Shown in pieces: positions 9,563 through 18,034 of a stretch of DNA of 47,738 nucleotides. The translations under genes and the position numbers were made by a program. Every line of letters begins with the position of its first letter. The first letter of the stretch is position 1. The notes below the pieces were generated by a model. That model was not told where the DNA came from, ran no database searches, and saw only the letters and a list, made by a program, of their open reading frames with translations. The stretch covers positions 1-47,738 of the forward strand of contig CAYRCT010000001.1 in assembly GCA_964422845.1 (NCBI GenBank), read 5' to 3'. Source of the DNA: an uncultured Candidatus Saccharibacteria bacterium. GTDB taxonomy: Bacteria > Patescibacteriota > Minisyncoccia > Minisyncoccales > PEYH01.

Positions 9563-11023
9563 TTATTTTAACTCTTTTGTAAAGAGTCTTTCTAATATTT
9601 CTGGGTTCGCCTTGCCCTTGCTTTGAGCCATTGCTTGACCTATCAAAAATTGAAGCGCATTTCCCTTTCCTTCTTTCAGATCTTTAACTGCTTTTAAATT
9701 TTGAGAAATAACCTCTCTAACAATCCCCTCTAACTCTCCTTTATCTTCTATCTTGCTCAATCCCTTTTCTTTAATAATGTCTGATGGGTCAGCTCCTTTC
9801 TCAAACATTTCTTTGAGAACAATTTTGCTAATTTTGCTCGTCATTTCTTTTCTATATAACAAAGAGATAAACTCGGCAAAGTTCTCTGGAGTGATAAGAA
9901 ATCTTTTGTCCTCAACCGACATTCCTCTTAATAATCCCAAAAGTTCAGAAAGGATATAGTTTGAAGCAATTTGAGCTAATTTCTTATATTCCTTTTCTTC
10001 AATATCTTTATTGTCTTTTGATTTGAGCCATTCTTGAAATTCAGAAACTACTTGTTCAAAATATTCTCCCAAGTCCTTGTTTGAAATAAAGATCCCTATA
10101 TCTGATTCTTTCAATCCATATTCTTGTTTAAAACGAATTTGTTTATTTTGAGGTAATTCTGGGATTTCTGCTTGAATATCTTGAATATATTTTTTTTCAA
10201 AACTTAAGGCAGGTAAATCTGGTTCAGGAAAATATCTATAATCATGAGCTTGTTCTTTAATCCTCTGGGAAACGGTTATTTGTTTTTTCTCATCCCAGCC
10301 CCTTGTTTCTTGAATTATCTTCTCTCCCCCATTTAAAACTTCGGCCTGTCTCTTAATCTCATATTCTATTGCCTTTTTGACTATTTTAAAAGAATTTAAA
10401 TTTTTAATCTCCACCTTAGTTCCCAGTTCTTTACTTGCGCTTATTGAAATATTTGCCTCAACTCTCATCTCTCCTTTTTCCATATTAGCATCAGACACGC
10501 CTAAATAACGAAATATAAGCTGAAGCTGTTGAGCAAAATCATGCGCCTCTCCCCCACTACTTAAATCCGGTTCGGTTACTAATTCCATTAAAGGAACTCC
10601 GGCTCGATTAAAATCAAGCAATGAACAGTCATTCTTATGAATTAATCTTGCTGTATCTTCTTCTAAATGAATTCTCTCAATCATTATTTTCTTGTTTTTG
10701 ACCTGCAAAAAACCATGCCTACATAATGGTAAAGCATATTGGGAAATCTGATAACCTTTTGGCAAATCCGGATAAAAATAATTCTTCCGTTCAAATCCTG
10801 ATTTCAAAGAGATTTTACAGCCCAGAGCTAGACCAGTTTTTATAACTTTTTTGACTGCCTCTTTGTTAATAACGGGAAGTGTTCCTGGATGAGCCATGCA
10901 AATGGGACAAATATTAATATTTGCTTCTTTTTCTAAAGGATCATTCTTGCAACCACAAAACATCTTAGATTTTGTTTTTAATTCAGCGTGCACCTCCAGT
11001 CCAATTGTAGGCTTATATTCCAT
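9563..11023 (-). CDS. gatB: Asp/Glu-tRNA amidotransferase subunit B
   Basis: 486 aa. It has the N-terminal IGLEVHAELKTKSKMFC motif and a C-terminal GatB/YqeY domain. Confidence 0.93.
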   Translation of the reverse strand: MEYKPTIGLEVHAELKTKSKMFCGCKNDPLEKEANINICPICMAHPGTLPVINKEAVKKVIKTGLALGCKISLKSGFERKNYFYPDLPKGYQISQYALPLCRHGFLQVKNKKIMIERIHLEEDTARLIHKNDCSLLDFNRAGVPLMELVTEPDLSSGGEAHDFAQQLQLIFRYLGVSDANMEKGEMRVEANISISASKELGTKVEIKNLNSFKIVKKAIEYEIKRQAEVLNGGEKIIQETRGWDEKKQITVSQRIKEQAHDYRYFPEPDLPALSFEKKYIQDIQAEIPELPQNKQIRFKQEYGLKESDIGIFISNKDLGEYFEQVVSEFQEWLKSKDNKDIEEKEYKKLAQIASNYILSELLGLLRGMSVEDKRFLITPENFAEFISLLYRKEMTSKISKIVLKEMFEKGADPSDIIKEKGLSKIEDKGELEGIVREVISQNLKAVKDLKEGKGNALQFLIGQAMAQSKGKANPEILERLFTKELK

Positions 11024-11052
11024 GTTACTTCATCTTAACAGAATTAAAGATT

Positions 11053-11081
11053 TTGACAATTAAAGACTCTCTGGGTAGACT
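11053..11081 (+). promoter_or_regulatory. Candidate sigma70-type promoter for glyA
   Basis: TTGACA, a 17-nt spacer, then TAGACT, lying 28 nt upstream of the glyA ATG. Confidence 0.4.
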
Positions 11082-11108
11082 AAATTTATGATTCAATAAA
11101 AAATCAAA

Positions 11109-12338
11109 ATGCATATTCAGAAAATAAGCCCTGAAATAAAAAACCTTATTAATTTAGAGCTTAAAAAAGAAAAAGAATCTATCAATCTTATTCCTTCGGA
11201 AAACTATGCTTCTCCATCTGTATTAGAAGCCGCTGGTTCTGTTTTAACAAATAAGTATTCGGAGGGAATGGTTGGTAAGCGATATTATCCGGGTAATCAG
11301 ATTATAGATATAGTAGAAGAGCTATGCCAAAAAAGGATAAAACAACTTTTTAATTTAAACGATTATTGGAGTGTTAATGTGCAAAGCTTATCTGGCACAG
11401 TAGCCAACTTGTCAGTTTATCTAGGACTTTTAAAACCAGAAGATAAAATTCTCTCTATGGAATTATCTGCTGGCGGCCATTTAAGCCACGGACACAAGGT
11501 AAATGCTAGCTCTATGTTTTATAAAATTATTCATTACGCTCTATCAGAAGAAACAAATGAGCTTGATTATAAAAAAATTAAAAAAATTGCTCAGCAAGAA
11601 AGGCCCAATCTTATTGTTTGTGGAGCGACTGCTTATCCGAGAAAAATAAATTTTCAAAAATTTGCAGATATAGCCCATTCTGTAGACGCCTATCTTATGG
11701 CAGACATTTCTCATATTGCTGGTCTCGTCGCGACAGGGCTTCACCCCTCGCCGTTTCCTTATGCAGATGTAGTCACTTCAACCACTCACAAAACTTTAAG
11801 GGGTCCGCGCTCGGCATTTATTATCTCTAATAAACGAATTAGTAAAAAAATAAACAGGGCTGTTTTTCCGGGAATGCAAGGCGGACCTCATAATCATATA
11901 ATTCTAGCTAAATTAATAGCTATTGAGGAAGCGCTACAACCATCGTTCAAGGAATATCAAAAACAAATAATAAAAAATGCCAAGGCTTTGGCAGATTCTT
12001 TAAATAAGCTTGGTTTTAAATTAGTTACCGGAGGAACTGATACTCATTTGCTGTTAATCAATCTAACTAATCAAATAAGTGGAATAAAGGCTCAAGATTT
12101 GTTGGAAGAGGTATCTATATTAGCTAATCGAAATACGATACCAGGAGATAAAGATTATTTTTATCCTTCAGGGTTAAGAATGGGAACACCCGCTATCACA
12201 ACTAGAGGCATGAAAGAAGAACAAATGGAAATAATCGCCCAATTAATTTATGATACACTTCAGCAAAAACAACCATTAGATAAAATAGAAGCAGGAGTAA
12301 AAAAACTTTGTCAAGAATTTCCTATTTACGAAAATTAA
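11109..12338 (+). CDS. glyA: Serine hydroxymethyltransferase
   Basis: It has the PLP-lysine motif TSTTHKTLRGPR and the YSEGMVGKRYY motif. Confidence 0.95.
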   Translation: MHIQKISPEIKNLINLELKKEKESINLIPSENYASPSVLEAAGSVLTNKYSEGMVGKRYYPGNQIIDIVEELCQKRIKQLFNLNDYWSVNVQSLSGTVANLSVYLGLLKPEDKILSMELSAGGHLSHGHKVNASSMFYKIIHYALSEETNELDYKKIKKIAQQERPNLIVCGATAYPRKINFQKFADIAHSVDAYLMADISHIAGLVATGLHPSPFPYADVVTSTTHKTLRGPRSAFIISNKRISKKINRAVFPGMQGGPHNHIILAKLIAIEEALQPSFKEYQKQIIKNAKALADSLNKLGFKLVTGGTDTHLLLINLTNQISGIKAQDLLEEVSILANRNTIPGDKDYFYPSGLRMGTPAITTRGMKEEQMEIIAQLIYDTLQQKQPLDKIEAGVKKLCQEFPIYEN

Positions 12339-12765
12339 ACTTCTCATAAGCATTCTCTAATAAATAGACGTCCTTAACATCTGCTTTTATCATTTTACTC
12401 CAGCAATCTCTACAACACCACCAATGACCGTATAAATAAAGATCCGCCCCCTTTGTGTCCTCTTGGGCATTTTTAATTGCCTGAGCTTCAGCGTGCCCCT
12501 CCTGTAAGCAAATTTCTTTACATAAATAATAATCCTCGCCTGTTTTACTCCCCTTCTCTACCCGAGGACATTTGTCAACTCTCTTGCCAGCATTGGTCCC
12601 TCTTCCTATAATTCTATTATTTTTAACCAACACTGCTCCTGTTGCTTGTAGCACGCAACCACTTTTGCTAGAGATCTCTTTAGCAGCCAACATATAAGAA
12701 TTATCTTCTTTAACAAACTTAAACTTTCTGTTCTCAGGTAAATATGGATAAATAATTTCTACCAT
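12322..12765 (-). CDS. dCMP deaminase (ComEB-type cytidine/deoxycytidylate deaminase)
   Basis: It has the zinc motifs GHAEAQAI and C-C-R-D-C, plus the cysteine-containing insertion before HAE that is typical of dCMP deaminases. It is the last gene of an overlapping operon. Confidence 0.8.
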   Translation of the reverse strand: MVEIIYPYLPENRKFKFVKEDNSYMLAAKEISSKSGCVLQATGAVLVKNNRIIGRGTNAGKRVDKCPRVEKGSKTGEDYYLCKEICLQEGHAEAQAIKNAQEDTKGADLYLYGHWWCCRDCWSKMIKADVKDVYLLENAYEKFNFRK

Positions 12766-13418
12766 TAAACTTTAAAATTATCTTTTAATTCATCTATTTT
12801 ACCTTCTCTGATAAACTCTACCTCTTCTCGGTCATCATTTTTAGCGATTAAAGAATATGGTGCAGATTCCTGATATTTCGCATTCTTTAAGCCATGTTTT
12901 TGAGCTTCTTCTTCTGTGAGAGGAGAAGATAGTAAATGAAAAACCAACTGACAAACTCTCTCGCCCGGATAAAGTCTAATAGTTTGAGTATGAGTATTGT
13001 TTATAATAGGAAGAGCCATATATCCTTTGTAATGGCTGTCTATTGTTCCGCTAAAAATCAAAAGCCCCCTTCTAATAAGCGAACTGCGAGCATATAACAT
13101 GGCCATCAAACTATCATCTTCAATACTCATTTTCTCTAAAGTGGAAGCGATAACAAATTCTTTCGGCAATAATTCAAAATATTGCCCGGGTTGGAGCTTG
13201 ATAAGATCCATACTATTCTTTGATGCATACTCTGTGTAATCAACATTCAATCCTGTCCTACCCTGATCGTTAATTGTCCAATTTTTTGGACTATAAAAGC
13301 TCCATCCTAACCTTAGGTCAACACCGTTTGGCTGCAACTGAAATTTGTCTATATTCGGCTCAAATTTTAATCCCTCTTCTTTTATCTTATTTAAGATATC
13401 CTTTTTTGATAAAACCAT
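12765..13418 (-). CDS. dCTP deaminase/dUTPase-superfamily protein with atypical active-site residues
   Basis: The N-terminal region (NGVDLRLG) and ARSSLIRRGL resemble Dcd. Motif III, GTIDSHYKGYMALPIIN, is closer to Dut (see findings). Confidence 0.7.
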   Translation of the reverse strand: MVLSKKDILNKIKEEGLKFEPNIDKFQLQPNGVDLRLGWSFYSPKNWTINDQGRTGLNVDYTEYASKNSMDLIKLQPGQYFELLPKEFVIASTLEKMSIEDDSLMAMLYARSSLIRRGLLIFSGTIDSHYKGYMALPIINNTHTQTIRLYPGERVCQLVFHLLSSPLTEEEAQKHGLKNAKYQESAPYSLIAKNDDREEVEFIREGKIDELKDNFKV

Positions 13419-13433
13419 ATTTATTATAATTAA

Positions 13434-13934
13434 TTATTTTATTACTTTATACCTCAAAAGAATTGTATCATTATTCAACTTTTTTGTTTCAATTAACTTA
13501 AGATTTACCTCAAACTCATCTTTAAAAAGAGAAATTCCTTGTCCAAAAATTATTGGCTCCACGGTCAAAAATATTTCATCTATTAATCCTGATATTAAAA
13601 ATTGAGTATTCAAATGGGACCCACCTCCCAATACTGCTGACTTATATCCTTGTTGCTCTAGTTTCTTAATAATGTCTTTTGGTTTGCCCGATACATATAA
13701 AACATTATCATAAATCTCCATGTCCTTACTTCTCGTAAAAACAACATTTAATCGGTCTTTTAAGGGTTTCTTAAATGTCCTGAATGTATTGTCCCCGATT
13801 AAGACAACTTTATGTTTCAATGAAAGCTCAACAAAAAAGGCCCTATCCTCCTTAGATGTCCAATCAGGAAAATGGTTCTTGTGTTTACCGATCTTACCAT
13901 CGGCCGTAATAGCCATTACTAAAATAATCTTCAT
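13434..13934 (-). CDS. Dihydrofolate reductase-like protein (RibD C-terminal domain family)
   Basis: It has MKIILVMAITADGKIG, VLIGDNTF and LGGGSHLN motifs. Its start overlaps the stop of the thyA-like gene (ATGA). Confidence 0.65.
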   Translation of the reverse strand: MKIILVMAITADGKIGKHKNHFPDWTSKEDRAFFVELSLKHKVVLIGDNTFRTFKKPLKDRLNVVFTRSKDMEIYDNVLYVSGKPKDIIKKLEQQGYKSAVLGGGSHLNTQFLISGLIDEIFLTVEPIIFGQGISLFKDEFEVNLKLIETKKLNNDTILLRYKVIK

Positions 13935-14761
13935 AAAACAATCTTTAATCCTTTAATTGAAGGCATTGGATTATACTGTCTTTCTAACTCGTCAATAATT
14001 CTTTGGGTTAAAAATTCATCCCCTTTCTCTGCTTTCTCAAACCAATCTTTTTGTCCTTCGAGCATAATGGGACAATGGTCATTTTCTCTTTCCATGAGCT
14101 CCCAAGCTGCCTGATAATGAATATCGTATATGTGTGCATTGCTTATAGAAACGGTAAGCTTGCCTACTCTTACGCCGAGTTTAGCTGCTAAAATCCTTTG
14201 CAAGAGTGCAAATCCAGCTACATCGTGCGGACAACCCAAGATTAAATCATTAGATCTTATAATAAGATGCAAATGGAGTTTATTCGCTATAATATTAACT
14301 GTAAAAGTATACGGACAGGGTACGTTCTTTTTCTTTTCCTCTAGCCCCCTTATATCGTCACCAGGATCCCACGCAACAACAACACCATGTCTGGAACTTG
14401 GATCTTTTGTCAATAAATCAATTAAGGCTTTAATCTGATCCTTACCAAAATATTTGCGCCACCGATATCCATAAGCAGTAGGAACCTTTCCATCCTCTTC
14501 TGAAAAATCATGCCAGATTTTAGTAAATTTTCTTAAAAAAATATCTGGATCCCTTTCTCCCATCAAAAACCATATTTGTTCAGCAACAAATAATTTTATA
14601 GGAATCTTGCGCAGGGTCAAAAGTGGAAATCCTTCATCTAAATTAAAAACTACGCCTGCTAAGGCCTTAGTATAACAATTCTGTCTTTTACTATAAACTT
14701 CCTCCCCCTTATTCATTACTTCCCAAAGAACCTGTTTATACTGCTTATCAAACTGAGTCAT
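13931..14761 (-). CDS. Thymidylate synthase (ThyA) family protein with Asp at the Asn177-equivalent position
   Basis: The TS core motifs align without gaps: EQIWFLMG, YGYRWR, DPSSRH, catalytic VPCPYTF, IRSNDLILGCPHDVAGFALL and NAHIY. Confidence 0.85.
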   Translation of the reverse strand: MTQFDKQYKQVLWEVMNKGEEVYSKRQNCYTKALAGVVFNLDEGFPLLTLRKIPIKLFVAEQIWFLMGERDPDIFLRKFTKIWHDFSEEDGKVPTAYGYRWRKYFGKDQIKALIDLLTKDPSSRHGVVVAWDPGDDIRGLEEKKKNVPCPYTFTVNIIANKLHLHLIIRSNDLILGCPHDVAGFALLQRILAAKLGVRVGKLTVSISNAHIYDIHYQAAWELMERENDHCPIMLEGQKDWFEKAEKGDEFLTQRIIDELERQYNPMPSIKGLKIVL

Positions 14762-14767
14762 AAAGAT

Positions 14768-15193
14768 TTACTCTATTACCTCAACTCCCATGGCTCGGGC
14801 AGTTCCTCCAATAATTTTCATCGCCTGTTCTATATCATCAGTATTCAAATCCTCTAATTTCTTTTGAGCAATTTCTTTGAGTTGCGCTTTTGTAATATTG
14901 CCTACTTTCTTGCGGTTTGGTTCTCCAGAACCCTTTTTAATACCAATCGCTTTTTTAATCAAATCAGAAGCTAATGGCTGTTTTAATCTAAAGTCAAATG
15001 TTCTATCTTCATATATTGTCACTTCTACTGGAATTTTGGAACCTATTTGTTTTTGCGTAGCGTCATTAAACTTTTGACAAAATTCACCGATATTTAAACC
15101 ATATTCGGCTAGAGCAGGTCCGATCGGGGGTGCTGGATTAGCTTGCCCAGCTTTAATTTGAAGTTTTACTATAGATTTAATTTTTTTAGCCAT
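14768..15193 (-). CDS. rplK: Ribosomal protein uL11
   Basis: 141 aa with the [22 protein letters not shown] motif. Confidence 0.95.
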   Translation of the reverse strand: MAKKIKSIVKLQIKAGQANPAPPIGPALAEYGLNIGEFCQKFNDATQKQIGSKIPVEVTIYEDRTFDFRLKQPLASDLIKKAIGIKKGSGEPNRKKVGNITKAQLKEIAQKKLEDLNTDDIEQAMKIIGGTARAMGVEVIE

Positions 15194-15738
15194 TATATTT
15201 TTTTAATTTGTAAAGAATCAAGCTCTACAGGAGTATCCCTGCCGAATAAATTAACCATTACTTTTACTTTACCATGTTCTTGGTCAAGTTCGGAAACCTT
15301 CCCTTCATAGTCACGGAAGGGACCATCAATTATTTTCACTGTATCGCCTATATCTACATTAATATTATATTTCGGCGTTTCTTCTCCTACTCTTTTCGTA
15401 ATCTCCTCTATCTCTTTAACGGAGACAGGCACTGGAGTAGTTCCTGATCCTACAAAGCCAGTAACATTCGGCGTATTTCTTACTACATACCAAGAATCGT
15501 CTGTAACAACCATTTCTACTAAAACATAACCAGGATAAATTTTTTCTTCTATTGTTTTTCTTTTTCCACCCTTAATTTTAATTTTTTTCTCCTTTGGTAC
15601 TAAAACATTAAAAATTTTATCTTCCATGCCTAAAGATTCAACTCGATGCTTCAAATTTTTCGCAACTGAATCTTCGTATCCCGAATAAGTATGAAGCACA
15701 TACCATTGTTTAGTTTTAGGAATTGTTTGTTTTGGCAT
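15193..15738 (-). CDS. nusG: Transcription termination/antitermination factor NusG
   Basis: It has the NGN domain ([11 protein letters not shown]) and a C-terminal KOW motif ([18 protein letters not shown]). Confidence 0.93.
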   Translation of the reverse strand: MPKQTIPKTKQWYVLHTYSGYEDSVAKNLKHRVESLGMEDKIFNVLVPKEKKIKIKGGKRKTIEEKIYPGYVLVEMVVTDDSWYVVRNTPNVTGFVGSGTTPVPVSVKEIEEITKRVGEETPKYNINVDIGDTVKIIDGPFRDYEGKVSELDQEHGKVKVMVNLFGRDTPVELDSLQIKKI

Positions 15739-15741
15739 AGA

Positions 15742-15960
15742 TTATGCAAGTAAAGCAACTAATTTTTTTAATAAAGTAGAAAAAAGAAAATCAAGACCAC
15801 CCAAAAAGATGGCTACAACTATCGATATCGCGACAACCACCAAAGAATATCTAATAGTTTCTTTTCTTGTAGGCCAATTTGTTTTTTTGGCTTCCACCTT
15901 TACCTGTTTAAGATAAAGGAGAAATTTTGATGGCAATGATAAAATATTCATATTTTTCAT
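15742..15960 (-). CDS. secE: Preprotein translocase subunit SecE
   Basis: 72 aa with a KKTNWPTRKE motif followed by a single TM helix. It lies in the canonical position upstream of nusG. Confidence 0.85.
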   Translation of the reverse strand: MKNMNILSLPSKFLLYLKQVKVEAKKTNWPTRKETIRYSLVVVAISIVVAIFLGGLDFLFSTLLKKLVALLA

Positions 15961-15970
15961 CCAAGATTAA

Positions 15971-16040
15971 TTCAAGATTAATTCAAGAATATATATTTAT
16001 ACATTAACGAATCAAGGTTCTTGAGGAGTGAAACGACGAA
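15971..16040 (-). repeat. 70-bp intergenic repeat, copy 1, with promoter-like content, upstream of secE
   Basis: It is 69/70 identical to 40554-40623. The minus strand reads AGAACCTTGATTC, a 16-nt spacer, then TATATT. An extra 11-nt tandem unit (caagattaatt) lies at 15962-15972. Confidence 0.8.
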
Positions 16041-16045
16041 GGTTT

Positions 16046-16067
16046 CCAAAAACCCCTTTTCGGGGTC
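16046..16067 (-). terminator. Rho-independent terminator after gyrB
   Basis: The minus strand reads ACCCC-GAAAA-GGGGT followed by TTTTT. Confidence 0.7.
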
Positions 16068-16108
16068 AATGCCCCTATACTACCAACTTGGCTAATAATG
16101 TCAAGAAT

Positions 16109-18034
16109 TTAAATATCTAAATTCTTAACGCTCTTAGCATAGGCCTGAATAAATCTTTTTCTAGCTGGGACTTCTTTGCCCATTAAAATATCAAAAATTC
16201 TATCTGCTTCCTTAGAGTCCTTAATAGTAACTTGTAAAAAAGTTCTATTTTCAGGATCCATAGTTGTAGACCATAATTCATCTGCATTCATTTCTCCCAA
16301 TCCCTTATATCTTTGAACATTAATATTTTTTAAATTATCCTTTTTCATCTCGTCTAAAATTTCATTCTTGTCTTTTTCAAAATAGGCATAGTCTATCCTC
16401 TTGCCAGCTTGTATTTTATACAATGGCGGCTGAGCAATATAAAGATATCCTTGATCAATTAATGGCCTAAAGTATCTATAGAACAAGGTTAAAAGCAATG
16501 TTTTGATATGATTTCCATCTGAATCGGCATCAGCCATCAAAACAATGCGATGATACCTTAATTTAGAAATATCAAAATCTTGAGCAATGGCTGTGCCGAG
16601 AGCAATAACCAATGCCTTTATTTCATCAGAGGTTAAAATTCTGGCTAATTTTGCTCTTTCTACATTTAGAATCTTTCCTCTCAAAGGCAAAATTGCTTGG
16701 AATCTCCTATCTCTGCCTCCCTTGCAACTTCCTCCAGCGCTTGCGCCCTCGACAACAAAAAGTTCTGACTCTGTCGGATCCTTAGATGAGCAATCAGCTA
16801 ATTTGCCAGGCAAACTTAATCCTTCTAGTGCGCCTTTTCTCAACACTGTCTGTCGAGCAGCACTAGCGGCCTTTCTCGCTTTGACTATTAATAAACAACG
16901 TTGGATTATAGCTCGAGCATCTTGTGGATATTGTTCTAAATATTCACCAAGCGATTCATTAACCACTGACTCAACTGCTGTTTTAGCTTCTGGATTGCCT
17001 AACTTAGTCTTAGTCTGTCCCTCAAATTGAGGCTCTCTAATCTTAATTGAAACTACTGCGTTTAATCCAATTTTCACATCACGTCCACTAAAATTTTCCT
17101 CGTCCTCTTTCAAAAAGTCATTTTTCTTAGCATAATCATTAAGTACACGGGTAAGAGCGCTTCTAAAACCCGTAAGGTGACTTCCACCTTCTAAAGTATA
17201 AATATTATTGGCAAAACTTTCTTCATAGCTCTCCTCCTCTTCAGTATATTGAAAGGCCACCTCTACTATAATTCCATCTTTTTCTTTAGAGGTATAAAAA
17301 GAATTTTCGTGAAGTAAAGCATTCTGACCAGATAAATATTTTGCATACGATTGAAGTCCTCCTTCGAAATAGAAAGTATAAGGAAAAGTATTGTCCGTTC
17401 TCTTGTCTTCAAATTTTATCTTCACTCCCTTAGTTAAATATGCCTGTCGCCGAAGATGATGTAAGATTATTTTTTTATCGAAATCAACAGTTCTAAAAAT
17501 TTCTTCATCTGGTTGGAACAAAATGGTAGTACCGCCAATTTTACATTTTTTTTCTTTTTTGAGTTTCGTTTTAACTTTTCCCTTAGCATATTCCTGGGTA
17601 TACAAAAAACCATTTCTGCAAATCTCGGCTCTTAAAAAAGAAGAGAGTGCACAAACCACTGAAATGCCTACTCCATGAAGACCCCCAGAAATTTGATAAA
17701 CCTTTTCCCCAAATTTTGCTCCTGCGTGTAAAGTAGTCATTACTGTTTCCAGGGCCGATTTCTTAGTTTGAGAATGAATATCAACAGGAATACCCCTTCC
17801 ATTGTCAGAAATTTTTACATAACTATTAGGCAAAAGAGAAACTGAAATTTCATTAGCATAACCGGCTAAGCTTTCATCGATACAGTTATCGATACACTCC
17901 CAAACCAAATGATGCAAACCCTCGGAGCCAGTCGAGCCAATATACATGGCTGGTCTTTTGCGTACTGGTTCAAGTCCTTTTAAGACAAAAATGTCTTTTG
18001 CTGTATATTCTTGTTCGCCATTTTTTTTAAGCAT
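16109..18034 (-). CDS. gyrB: DNA gyrase subunit B
   Basis: It has GHKL ATPase motifs (GGLHGVG), the Toprim motifs EGASAGG and PLRGKILNVE, and the C-terminal QRYKGLGEMN motif. Confidence 0.95.
   Translation of the reverse strand: MLKKNGEQEYTAKDIFVLKGLEPVRKRPAMYIGSTGSEGLHHLVWECIDNCIDESLAGYANEISVSLLPNSYVKISDNGRGIPVDIHSQTKKSALETVMTTLHAGAKFGEKVYQISGGLHGVGISVVCALSSFLRAEICRNGFLYTQEYAKGKVKTKLKKEKKCKIGGTTILFQPDEEIFRTVDFDKKIILHHLRRQAYLTKGVKIKFEDKRTDNTFPYTFYFEGGLQSYAKYLSGQNALLHENSFYTSKEKDGIIVEVAFQYTEEEESYEESFANNIYTLEGGSHLTGFRSALTRVLNDYAKKNDFLKEDEENFSGRDVKIGLNAVVSIKIREPQFEGQTKTKLGNPEAKTAVESVVNESLGEYLEQYPQDARAIIQRCLLIVKARKAASAARQTVLRKGALEGLSLPGKLADCSSKDPTESELFVVEGASAGGSCKGGRDRRFQAILPLRGKILNVERAKLARILTSDEIKALVIALGTAIAQDFDISKLRYHRIVLMADADSDGNHIKTLLLTLFYRYFRPLIDQGYLYIAQPPLYKIQAGKRIDYAYFEKDKNEILDEMKKDNLKNINVQRYKGLGEMNADELWSTTMDPENRTFLQVTIKDSKEADRIFDILMGKEVPARKRFIQAYAKSVKNLDI

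Noticed and set aside
16040-16108. Possible tRNA upstream of secE (minus-strand AGCCAAGTTGGTAG looks like a D arm; tRNA-Trp often precedes secE)
   Set aside because: No acceptor stem, anticodon arm or T arm can be folded. The GGGG/CCCC element is better explained as the gyrB terminator hairpin followed by a T-run.
16587-17030. Long antisense ORFs opposite housekeeping genes (for example 16587-17030, 19081-19515, 25661-26002, 32062-32385, 33728-34162, 45565-45930)
   Set aside because: Each lies entirely within and antisense to a confidently identified conserved gene. They have no SD or promoter and have low-complexity or odd composition. I treat them as shadow ORFs.
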